Assembly: GCA_050942735.1 (NCBI GenBank)
Contig: JBMNNW010000001.1
Location: 82,535-146,534 of the forward strand
Direction of reading: 5' to 3'
Origin: Armatimonadota bacterium
GTDB lineage: Bacteria; Armatimonadota; Zipacnadia; Zipacnadales; UBA5352
Length of the DNA stretch: 64,000 nt
Each line of letters opens with the position of its first letter. The stretch's first letter is position 1. The notes under the pieces were generated by a model. The model did no database searches. It was not told the DNA's origin and saw only the letters and a list, made by a program, of their open reading frames with translations. Positions 50,020-59,263 of the stretch are shown here, in pieces. Position numbers and translations under genes: made by a program.

Positions 50020-51540
50020 TCACCCGAAGTACCTCTCCGCCATCTCCCGCACCTCGGCGCTCTGCTCGTCGGGGATCTCGCGCTCGAAGGGCGGGTCGGT
50101 GAATGCCGCGAGGTGCGCGAGATGCGCCGCCGCGTTTGCATGGGTCGCGATCGCCTCGGCGGAGATCGATCCGAGGTCGTCGAGGTGCGAGTGATGGAAG
50201 TAGCGCGTCCCCGCCTGGTTCATCCGGTGCAGGAACACCGACGGGCAACCCCGCGCGTTGAACGGGAACATGTCCGAGAAGGGCGTCACATGCTCGAGCA
50301 CCTCGCCCGAGAGGATCGGCCTGCCGTCGCTCTCGACCCGTGGCGAGTGTCCGACCTCCTGCGGCCTGCCGAACTCGCTGCCGCGGGCGATTGAGCCGCC
50401 GTCGGTCGTGGGCGTCCCGGCCGTGATCCCGCGCGTGGCCCCCGGCCCGGCCTCCTCCGGCCGGTGCATGTCGCCACCGCGCGTCGATGAGCCACGCCCA
50501 GCGCCCTCGCTCTGCGTGCCCGCCGCCTCCGAGAGCGGCTCGCGCAGCCGCTGGTAGCCCGGCGTGGTCATGCGCCTGCACGCCTCAGTGAGCGCCTCGG
50601 GGCCCACCACCATGAGCTGGTTCCGCCCGGTGATCGCCGCGACCGAATCGAGGTTCACCACCAGCCGCGTGCGATCGGCCTCGTCGGCGTGGCGCTCGAC
50701 GTAGACGCGGGCGCCCTCGGAAAGCTGCTCCTCCGCGCCGAAGCCGCAGAAGCGGATGGTGCGCTCGGGGCGTTCCCCCGAGTGGGTGAGCATCCGCGCC
50801 GCCTCGAGCATCGCGGCGACGCCCGAGCCGTCGTCCTCCGCGCCCGTCCCGACGATCACGCTGTCGATGTGCGCGGTCATGTGCACCATCTCGTCATCGC
50901 CGCCGGGCAGGTCGCCGAAGACGTTCACCGACTCGCCCTCCTCGCGCCACGCGTCGCTGATGAGCCGCGCCCGGGGCGCGGGCATCTTCGCGATCTCCAG
51001 CGCCTCCCAGTAGGGCACCGTGACCTGCGGAAGCGTGATGACATCCCGCCACGCGTAGGGCGTGCCCGCCGAGACCGGCCAGTCCATCGGCAGGCGGTCA
51101 TCCACCCACAGCAGCCCCACCGCGCCGCTGTGTTCGATCCGGTGAAGCGCCTCCCTGTCATCACCGTGCAGACCCCAGATGAGCAGCAGCTTCCCCTCGA
51201 CGTCGTTGAGGAAGAGGTCGGCCTCACTCGCGTGATCGACGTAGACCACCTCGGCCTCGATCCCCTCCTCGGTGGTCGGCCGCGAGTTGGCGACGGGGAT
51301 GCACTCGATGGAGCGCGCATCGCCCGTGAGCACGTCCACGCGCGCGATCTCGTAGCCCCAGACGTGGAAGGGGAGTGTCTCGAAGGTGACATTGTGGAGG
51401 CCGAGGTTCTCCATCTGCTCGGCCACGTACCCGGCGGCGCGGCGCTCGGCCTCGGTGGCCGCGAGGCGGTTGCCGATCTCGCGGCAGAGCACCTGCAGGT
51501 GGCGGTCGATGGCCTCGGGTGAGGCGTCGAAGGTGGGCAT
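50020..51540 (-). CDS. M28 family metallopeptidase (aminopeptidase-like) with long low-complexity insertion
   Basis: HIDSVIVGTGAEDDGSGVAAMLE zinc-ligand block; AAGGAGG RBS; internal about 70-aa Gly/Ser/Thr/Arg-rich segment. Confidence 0.85.
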   Translation of the reverse strand: MPTFDASPEAIDRHLQVLCREIGNRLAATEAERRAAGYVAEQMENLGLHNVTFETLPFHVWGYEIARVDVLTGDARSIECIPVANSRPTTEEGIEAEVVYVDHASEADLFLNDVEGKLLLIWGLHGDDREALHRIEHSGAVGLLWVDDRLPMDWPVSAGTPYAWRDVITLPQVTVPYWEALEIAKMPAPRARLISDAWREEGESVNVFGDLPGGDDEMVHMTAHIDSVIVGTGAEDDGSGVAAMLEAARMLTHSGERPERTIRFCGFGAEEQLSEGARVYVERHADEADRTRLVVNLDSVAAITGRNQLMVVGPEALTEACRRMTTPGYQRLREPLSEAAGTQSEGAGRGSSTRGGDMHRPEEAGPGATRGITAGTPTTDGGSIARGSEFGRPQEVGHSPRVESDGRPILSGEVLEHVTPFSDMFPFNARGCPSVFLHRMNQAGTRYFHHSHLDDLGSISAEAIATHANAAAHLAHLAAFTDPPFEREIPDEQSAEVREMAERYFG

Positions 51541-51615
51541 GGGTGGGACCTCCTTGACCGGCGTCCGGGCGAGGGCGTCGGGACTCCAACTCTCAGGGCG
51601 TCCGGACAGATGCGC

Positions 51616-52653
51616 TCAGAATTCGTCCTCAGTGAAGTACATCCCGCGGATCTGCGCCATCGGCGCATCGTCGTTAATGTAGTTCACGACGAAGAACCGA
51701 CCATCCTGCAACTCGACCCAGCCGCAATACGATGAGTCGGAGTGCACACTGGCGTCGTGGTCCAGCGGCAGAACCACGCCGGTCTGCTCCTCGTGCGGAA
51801 GGCTCAGGGCCGACTCGAGGCTCTCGCGGTAGGCGAAGAGGTTCTTCGCGAACGGCCCCCGTCCCGGCTGGTGGCGGTAGAGCACCATCACGTGGCCAGA
51901 GCGCGTCAGGCCCGAGACCGGGCGGTGGCAACCGTTCATCGGCGTGTCGAAGGGGCCGAGCCAGTCCTCGCCGTCGTTGAATGAGACACATTTGGGCCCC
52001 GGGCGGCCTGTGCGGGAGTTGTCGCGCATGTAGCAGAGAAGCTCTCCGCCGGGCATCTGCACGATCGAGGCCTCGCACGCGTCGTAGTGGTGGGTGCAGC
52101 AGACCGTGACCGGCCCGCGCCAGCTCTCGCCGCCGTCGTCGGAGATATGCACCATCTGCTGATAGACGGTCGGTGCGATCTCCGTCAGGCGATGATGGGT
52201 GGCGATCACGAGGCGCCCCGAGGCAAGCTCAACGACCTGGTCGGGCACGATGCCCGGAATGCCGGTGTCCACGGGGTCTGAGAAGCTCGCCCCATCGTCG
52301 ATGCTCGTCCACACCCAGGTCGTTGAGGCGGCGTTCGAATCGGTCTCGCCCGGACGCCGGTCGAAGCCGTCGCAGATCAGCAGGATGCGCCCGTCGGAGA
52401 GCGCGCTGATACGCGGGCAGTTCCACTTGAAGAGCACACCGTCCGCGATCTCGGACCGGGCGATGTACGTCTTCTCCGACCACGTCCGGCCCTCGTCATC
52501 GCTGGTTCGGTAGAGCAGATGGGTGAACTCGTCTCCCGAGTGACTGTCGCTCTCGCGGTATGTGATGATGAGGCGGCCGCTCTCGGTCAGGCAGACGTCC
52601 GGGAAGCACTCGTAGAGGGAGTCGTCGCGGCTGATGGTGAACTTCTCGATCAT
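51616..52653 (-). CDS. BNR-repeat exo-alpha-sialidase-like (GH33-like) beta-propeller protein
   Basis: Multiple Asp-box motifs: SDDEGRTW, SIDDGASF, SDDGGESW, FNDGEDW. Confidence 0.85.
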   Translation of the reverse strand: MIEKFTISRDDSLYECFPDVCLTESGRLIITYRESDSHSGDEFTHLLYRTSDDEGRTWSEKTYIARSEIADGVLFKWNCPRISALSDGRILLICDGFDRRPGETDSNAASTTWVWTSIDDGASFSDPVDTGIPGIVPDQVVELASGRLVIATHHRLTEIAPTVYQQMVHISDDGGESWRGPVTVCCTHHYDACEASIVQMPGGELLCYMRDNSRTGRPGPKCVSFNDGEDWLGPFDTPMNGCHRPVSGLTRSGHVMVLYRHQPGRGPFAKNLFAYRESLESALSLPHEEQTGVVLPLDHDASVHSDSSYCGWVELQDGRFFVVNYINDDAPMAQIRGMYFTEDEF

Positions 52654-52756
52654 CGCTGATCCCCGCTTTCGTGGAACGCCTCAGATGTGAGAGCACCTTC
52701 GCCACCCGCGTGGTCCGATCCTGCGATTCGCGGCCCTGAAGTTCGGTACATGCAGC

Positions 52757-52780
52757 GGGGGCGCGATCGCTCGCGCCCCC
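52757..52780 (-). terminator. Perfect 10-bp stem hairpin downstream of flotillin gene
   Basis: gggggcgcga-tcgc-tcgcgccccc located about 30 nt 3-prime of the stop at 52807 (minus sense). Confidence 0.45.
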
Positions 52781-52806
52781 GAGGCAAATCATCCGGCCGG
52801 CAGGCC

Positions 52807-54808
52807 TCAGCGCTCAGCGTCGCGCTCAGCGGGCCTGTCTGCGACCTCCGGACCGGCGCTCTCTCCGGATGCTTCCGCATCCGAACGCCGCGCCCGTGCG
52901 TCGGCCTCCTCGTTGGCTCCGCCCCCGCCCTTCTCGGTCATCACGGAGTCGATGACGCCGGAGATCTTCGGGAACGCCTTCGAGAGCGTTGCGGCGGCAA
53001 CCTCGATCGTTCCCTCAGGCAGCGTGCTCACAAGCCCGTCGGCCCAGGCGCTGACTCCGGCGGCCTTCGCGAACGAGTCCAGCGCGGTCCCGAGCATCTT
53101 CGGGTCGCCGTAGAGGTTCATGTTCGCGTGGCTCAGAGCGCCGCCCACCGACTGGGCGAAGGCCACGCCAACCTGCTTGCGGGCCTCGATGTCGGCGAGC
53201 ACCTTCTCCAGCTCGACCGAGATCTGGTCATACTCGGCCTTCGCGGAGAGCTCGGAGCGCAGTACTTCGACCCGAGCGGCTTCGACGTCCTGGACGCGCT
53301 GGGCGTCCACGGCCACCTGCTCGCGGTTGACGTTGACCGGCACCATCTGCTTCGCCTGCTCGCCCTCGGCGGTGAGGCGGGCTGCGTCACGCTCGGCCTC
53401 TGCCCTGGTGCGGACGGCCTCGGCGAGGCGTGTTGCGGCCTCCTGCTCACCCTCGGCGACCTTGGCGTTCTTGTAGGCCGCGATGTCGGCCTCCATCTGC
53501 TCGCGGATCTTCTCCTGCTCAGCCGCCTGTTCGGCGGCGATGATCTGGACCCGCTTCTCGCGGTCCGCTCCGGCGACCTTCTCGACCGTGAAGACCTCCT
53601 GCGCCGCCTGCTCGCGCTGGGCCTCGGCGGCAAGCTGGTCGGCCTCAGCAGCAGCACGCCGCTGCTCGGCTTCGGCGATCGCGACCTGCCGCTCGCGCCT
53701 CGCGATCTCGACGGCCCGGTCGCGCTCCACGTCGGCGGTCTGGATCGCCTGGTTGCGCAGGATGTCCGCGGTCTGCTGCTCCTGCTGCTTGGCGATGAGA
53801 TCCTTCTCGGCGTTGACACGCGCGATGTTGATCGCAAGGTCACGCTGCACGCCCGCTTCCCTGACCTGGCGGTCCTTGTCGATCTCCCGGGTCTCGACGA
53901 TCTGGCGCTGCTGGATCTCGTAGCTCTCGGCCTCCTGCCGCTGCTGCGACTGGATCATCAGCACGTCCGCCTGCTGTGTCGCCTCAGCCTCGGCCTGGTC
54001 CTTCTGAAGGTCGAGGACCTCCTTGCGCGTGTTCACGTCCTTCTGCGTGATACTGCGCTCGGCGTCCCGCTCATACATGTTCCGCTCGACGCGGGCCTGC
54101 TGGGTGATCTCCGCAATCTTCCGCAGACCCTGGGCGTCGAACACGTTCTGCGCATTCAGTCGCGAGGTGTCCGTCTGGTCGAGCCTGGAGATCGTCACAG
54201 ACTCCAGCGTCAGACCGTTGGACTTGAGGTCCTCGCGGACCAGCTCTGAGACCGCGGTGGCGAAGTCGTCGCGCTCGGCGTGCAGCTGCGCAAGCTCGCG
54301 CGTGGCGGCCACCGATCGGAGCGCGGAGACGAGCTTCTCGAAGACAAGCTCACGCACCGCGCCCGCGTTCACCGAGCGATCACCAAGTGAGCGGGAGGCG
54401 TTGAGGATGTCATCCTTGACGCCCTGCACCTTGATGTAGAACTCCGCGCGGATATCACACCGGAGGTTGTCGCGTGTAATCAGCGCGTCCTCACCACCGC
54501 GCTCGACCTCCAGCTTCATCGTCTCCAGCACGACCGGGACGGTCTTGTGCACCACAGGTATGACGATCGCGCCGCCGTCGAGGACGACCGCCCGACCGCC
54601 CATGCCGGTGCGCACGAACGCCTCATTCGCACTGGTCTTCTGATAGAGCCGGGCGATGATGATCAGCATCCCCGATACCAGCAGAACGACCGTGCCGACA
54701 CCCGTCAGGATCCACTGGCTTACGATTCCCGGATCGCCGAACGCCCCGATCCACGGACCGATGACCAGCGCAAAGCCTACCAACACCATGCCGATGGCAA
54801 GCAGCATC
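52807..54808 (-). CDS. Flotillin family (SPFH/band-7 domain) protein
   Basis: N-terminal TM, SPFH domain, very long Ala/Glu/Gln/Arg-rich coiled coil (EA repeats). ATG 54808 with GGAGGGG RBS; the ORF-track start at 54828 is a TTG. Confidence 0.9.
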
Positions 54809-54910
54809 TGAACCCCTCCGTCCGTCAACTGGCGCTTTCGCGCCTGAATTACGACCGTTCACGCATTAGTCGGTGCGGCCAGCTTCCGTTCAGTTCCGAT
54901 GACAGGCGCC

Positions 54911-55861
54911 TCAGGATCGGGTGGAGGATGTACGTTCGTCGTCGCTCCGCGCCTCGACATCCTTCGCACTCGCGCCGCGCGCCGAGCGATCCGACGCGGT
55001 TGTGCTGTGAGTGACGCTCGCCTGCGCGCTTCCGGCGATGGCCGACAGCGGTGACGTGGCGACATCGTAGCAATCCTCCTCTCTGTGGTAGCGCACCAGC
55101 AGCACCTCGTGGCCTTTGGGGATGGCGCCGTCGATCGTGCGCCCCCGCACCTGGTGCAACGTGCCCCCGGTGTCTTTGACATTGATCGGGCCGCGGCCGC
55201 CGTCGGAGATCCCGTACACCGAGACCCCCACCTGCCCGACCAGCTCCTCCTCGGTGACCGCGTAGCTCTCCCGGGTCGGCATCAGCCGGCTGAGCGTCCG
55301 GGCCACGGTGCCCGTCAGCCCCAGCGAAGCGATGGTGGCCAGCCCCAACGACGGCCAGAAGTATACGCTCGGCGCCCATGACCACGGGGCGACCGTCTCG
55401 AACAACCCGTTCGCCATCAGCCCCGTCGCGCCGAAGATGACCATCAGACATGTCATCAGTATCGAGACGGGCACCTTGCCGAAGCCCAGCACCGAGAGCG
55501 CCCGCAGCAGCAGCGAGGCCTCGTGCGCCTCGGCAAGTTCGTGCACCTCATGCTCGGCGCCGAGGTCCGGCCCGCCGTGCACATCGTGGTCGAGGTCGCC
55601 TTCGACGGCGATCTCGGCGTCATGATCGAAGTCCGCGTCGAGATCATGGTCCATCTCGAGATCGACGTCGGCGTCCGCATCCAGATCGATCTCGACGTCA
55701 TGGTCCATGTCAAGGTCAAGGTCGTGGTCGAAGTCCACGTCAGCGTCGGCATCGATCTCACCGCTGAGATCACCGATGCCTGTCGCGCTCAGAGCAAGAT
55801 AGACCGCCGCAAGGGCGACGGGAGCCACGAATATCAGGTTGTACCACGCCAGGAGGTCCAT
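54911..55861 (-). CDS. NfeD-like (YqiJ/YuaF-type) membrane protein with Asp/His-rich acidic repeat and C-terminal OB-fold
   Basis: N-terminal TM, about 70-aa (D/H-x)n segment DADADVDFDHDLDLDMDHDVEIDLDADADVDLEMDHDLDADFDHD..., central TM helices, C-terminal beta-rich domain; positioned directly upstream of flotillin as in yqiJ-yqiK / yuaF-yuaG pairs. Confidence 0.7.
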   Translation of the reverse strand: MDLLAWYNLIFVAPVALAAVYLALSATGIGDLSGEIDADADVDFDHDLDLDMDHDVEIDLDADADVDLEMDHDLDADFDHDAEIAVEGDLDHDVHGGPDLGAEHEVHELAEAHEASLLLRALSVLGFGKVPVSILMTCLMVIFGATGLMANGLFETVAPWSWAPSVYFWPSLGLATIASLGLTGTVARTLSRLMPTRESYAVTEEELVGQVGVSVYGISDGGRGPINVKDTGGTLHQVRGRTIDGAIPKGHEVLLVRYHREEDCYDVATSPLSAIAGSAQASVTHSTTASDRSARGASAKDVEARSDDERTSSTRS

Positions 55862-55916
55862 CGATCCAACCCCCTTTCAGGGCTCGCCAACGACGGTCCG
55901 GTCAGATGCGGGCAGT

Positions 55917-56498
55917 CTACGCCTCCGAGGGCGGCTCGATCGCCGACTCCTCAAGCAACTCCCGCGCTCGAGCCACCAACTCCGTCTCCTCCGCAGCGAC
56001 CTCAGATTCGCGCCGGTATCCAGCACCGCTGTCGAGCTGGTCCAGCACGTCGAGACGAAATGCCTCGGCTCGCGCTTCGTCCTCCATCTCGACAAGCTCT
56101 TCCTCGCGCGCTGCCTTTGAGGCGAAGTCAACCGCGCCGCGCAGCTCGTGGCGGCGCTCATTGATCTCATCGGCGAGACGAACCTGACCGAGCCGCGACA
56201 GGCGCTGCTGCTCCTCGCTCTCGCGCCGTCGGTACCGTTTCATGAGATTGTTCGCGCGGGACCTTTCTTCCTCCAAACGCGGCACAAGTTCTGCAAGTCT
56301 CGCGCTGTCGGGAGGCTGCGCGCCGAGCACATCGCGCAACTCAAGCTCGGTGCGCCGGGCCTGCGCGACCGCCAGCAGCGTCAGCGAACGGAGCTTCTCC
56401 AGCTCCTCGCGCGCGCGCTCCGTCTCGGCCTCGCGCTCGTCATCACCGGCATGAAAAAAGTCAGCCACAGCTTGCCGCAGCCAACTCGGGATTCTCAT
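55917..56498 (-). CDS. Coiled-coil protein (possibly PspA/IM30-like), first gene of the flotillin operon
   Basis: Heptad-rich Glu/Arg/Leu composition throughout; AT-richer promoter region immediately upstream (56499-56580). Confidence 0.5.
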   Translation of the reverse strand: MRIPSWLRQAVADFFHAGDDEREAETERAREELEKLRSLTLLAVAQARRTELELRDVLGAQPPDSARLAELVPRLEEERSRANNLMKRYRRRESEEQQRLSRLGQVRLADEINERRHELRGAVDFASKAAREEELVEMEDEARAEAFRLDVLDQLDSGAGYRRESEVAAEETELVARARELLEESAIEPPSEA

Positions 56499-56578
56499 AT
56501 TCGCTTGTACACCCTCTTATCAGGTCTGTATGTCCAATATACCCGAACGAATCTCTCCGCCAAACTGAATCGAATCGA

Positions 56579-57778
56579 CTATCGGACCGGACCTGCATCG
56601 GCCAGGCGCTCGCCGATCCGGCGGATGCGATCGATGGACGCATCGGGCGGCGTCGTGTCTGCGATGCTGAAGATCATCCCGCGGAAGTCGCCGGCCGCCT
56701 CGATGGCCTCCTCGATGTGCGCCTCAAACTCATCGTCGGTGAAGCTGGACGGAAGGACGCTCGACGAGCAGATGCCGCCCCAGATCGCCGGATGTGTCCC
56801 GAACGCCTCGCGGTACGCCGACAGCGGCAGGCGCGTCATCGGCGCCGGGCAGACCGAGTCGGCGAGATCGATGCCACACTCGACGTAGAGGTCGAGCAGG
56901 CCGTCGTTCTCACCATCGGTGTGTGTCGCGACGAGCTTGCCGGCGTCGTGCAGTGTCGAAGTCGCCTCCGTCAGGAACGGTGCGATGTGCTCGGCGAACA
57001 GGGGCGGAGGCGTCAGCATCACATCGTAGTTGGCGCCCAGCAGCACCACCTCGGCGCTGCTCTCCGCACACGCCCGGACCACGTCGCGGAAAAAGCCGCT
57101 CATGCGTCCCGCGGTCTCCGCGATAAGGTCCGGATGGTCGTGCAGTGTGAAGAAGAACTCATCGTAGGGAACAAGCTCCTTCAGTAGATGGTGGACCGGT
57201 GAGGCCGCCACGTTTGCCAGCGCCACCGCGACACCCTCATCGCCGACCTGATCGCGGAACTCATCGTAGCGGCCGCCGGGGATGACCTCGATGTCCTCGA
57301 AGATGAACGCGGCGGCCTGGTAGTCGTCGATGCCCCCGATCGCGCGCTCAGAGGTGTGCAGCAGCGTGACGCCGTCACGGCGCATCTGCGGCGTGTGCAG
57401 CACCGTGGTGCTCAGGTCGCCGACCGGGGTGTGGTAGGTGACGTGATAGCGGTCGCCGTCGCGCCGAACCGAGCGCTCGGTCCGCCGGAAGCGCAATTTG
57501 TAGGGTTGGTTGGGCACATGCATGATCCCCAGCGACTGGTCGGCGAGCTGATCGGCCTGCTCGACGTCGAGGAAGTTCGGGATCACCTCGTGCCGCCCGA
57601 CGCCGAGATCGCGCAGGATCTCAGCCAGCGAGGCGTGCCGCCACGGCTCAGGGAGCGTGCCGCGGCTGGAGTTGGCCGCGTACCACAGATCGAGCCGCGG
57701 GACCCACGGTACACGATCGACGGGCTCTCCGCGGATCGCCGCGATGATCCTCTCACGGTGGGTGGCCTCGGCGCGCAT
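56579..57778 (-). CDS. Uroporphyrinogen decarboxylase (URO-D) family protein
   Basis: Start ATG 57778 (MRAEATHRERIIAAIRGEPVDRVPWVP...) with GGAGGG RBS; URO-D-like N-terminal block; about 400 aa. Confidence 0.8.
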   Translation of the reverse strand: MRAEATHRERIIAAIRGEPVDRVPWVPRLDLWYAANSSRGTLPEPWRHASLAEILRDLGVGRHEVIPNFLDVEQADQLADQSLGIMHVPNQPYKLRFRRTERSVRRDGDRYHVTYHTPVGDLSTTVLHTPQMRRDGVTLLHTSERAIGGIDDYQAAAFIFEDIEVIPGGRYDEFRDQVGDEGVAVALANVAASPVHHLLKELVPYDEFFFTLHDHPDLIAETAGRMSGFFRDVVRACAESSAEVVLLGANYDVMLTPPPLFAEHIAPFLTEATSTLHDAGKLVATHTDGENDGLLDLYVECGIDLADSVCPAPMTRLPLSAYREAFGTHPAIWGGICSSSVLPSSFTDDEFEAHIEEAIEAAGDFRGMIFSIADTTPPDASIDRIRRIGERLADAGPVR

Positions 57779-57956
57779 GGCGGCTCCCTCCGGGGCGCGT
57801 GGCTTACTGATGGTAGATTCCCGCCGGGGACCGGGAGACCTTCCGCGCCCCCCCAGCTTTCGAGGGCCGGGGAGGTTGCGCGTCATGGGAAACGAAGATA
57901 CAATCTGCGAACGCGGATGACGCCCAACCACCCGGAAGAGAAAAAAGGCGCGTGCG

Positions 57957-59255
57957 ATGTCATACTCCGACCAGGCCGTGAACCTCAGCCGTGAAGAGAT
58001 TGAGCAAAGGCAGGTCGCCCTCCTGCGGGAGACGGTCGAGCGCGCGCGGGGCGCCTCCGCCTACGCGGACCAACTCACAGGCATATCCACCCAGGACATT
58101 GGCAGTCCGGCCGATGTTCGGAAGCTTCCACTGACATCGAAGGAGCAGCTTCGCGACGGGATGCCCTTCGGCTTCCGCACCGTGCCGCAGCGAGATGTCG
58201 TTCGAATGCACTACTCCTCGGGGACCACCGGGCTGGCGACGGCGGTCTACCACACCCGCAATGACCTGCGCCACTGGGCGGAGTGCGTGGCCCGCGGCAT
58301 GATCGCCGCGGGCGTCACGGAGGAGGACGTCTTTCAGAACATGATGGGCTACGGGCTCTTCACCGGTGGCCTTGGCTTTCACTACGCCTCGGAGTTGATC
58401 GGCTGCATGACGATCCCGGCGAGTTCGGGCAACACCGAGCGGCAGATTCACCTCATGCAGATCTTCGGCTCGACGGTGCTGCACATCATCCCAAGCTACG
58501 CGCTTCGGGTGCTGCATGTCTGCGAGGGGCGGGGGATCGACCCTCGCGCGGATCTGAGCGTCCGTGTCATCTTCGTCGGCGGCGAGCCGCACTCCGAGCA
58601 ACTGCGCCGCCGCATCGAGGAGGGCTTCGGGGCGCGCGTGTACAACTGCTACGGGCTCTCGGAGATGGCGGGGCCGGGGGTGGCGATGGAATGCCGCGAG
58701 CAGGACGGGCTGCATCTGTGCGAGGATCACTACCTTCTGGAGGTCATCGACCCCGAGACGCTGGAGCCCGTCGCACCGGGGGAGACCGGTGAGGTGGTCC
58801 TCACGACCCTCCGGCGCGAGGCGATGCCGCTGCTGCGCTACCGCACCCGTGACATCGCCAGGGTGTTGCCCGGCGACTGCCCGTGCGGCTCTGCGCACGC
58901 GCGCATCTCGCGCATCGAGGGCCGCACCGATGACATGCTGGTCGTCAAGGGTGTCAACGTCTACCCGATCCAGGTTGAGCGCGCACTGCTCGACATCGAC
59001 GAGGTCGGGAGCAATTACGTGATCGCGCTTGATCGCCCCGAGGACCTCGACCGCATGACTGTCGCGGTCGAGCTCACGCAGGACGCCTTCACCGACGAGA
59101 TGCGAGCGCTCACCGCGCTGCAGGAGCGCATCGAGCGCCGGCTCTGCGCCGAGCTTGACATCGGCGTGACGGTCGAGCTGCATGAGCCGGGCGAGCTTCC
59201 CGTCAGTGACGGGAAGGCAGTTCGTGTCATAGACAAAAGAGAGCAGGAGATCTGA
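57957..59255 (+). CDS. paaK: Phenylacetate-CoA ligase (PaaK) family adenylate-forming enzyme
   Basis: YSSGTTG P-loop-like adenylation motif, YGLSE, DxxxxKG blocks typical of PaaK family. Confidence 0.9.
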   Translation: MSYSDQAVNLSREEIEQRQVALLRETVERARGASAYADQLTGISTQDIGSPADVRKLPLTSKEQLRDGMPFGFRTVPQRDVVRMHYSSGTTGLATAVYHTRNDLRHWAECVARGMIAAGVTEEDVFQNMMGYGLFTGGLGFHYASELIGCMTIPASSGNTERQIHLMQIFGSTVLHIIPSYALRVLHVCEGRGIDPRADLSVRVIFVGGEPHSEQLRRRIEEGFGARVYNCYGLSEMAGPGVAMECREQDGLHLCEDHYLLEVIDPETLEPVAPGETGEVVLTTLRREAMPLLRYRTRDIARVLPGDCPCGSAHARISRIEGRTDDMLVVKGVNVYPIQVERALLDIDEVGSNYVIALDRPEDLDRMTVAVELTQDAFTDEMRALTALQERIERRLCAELDIGVTVELHEPGELPVSDGKAVRVIDKREQEI

Positions 59256-59263
59256 CAGAGAAC

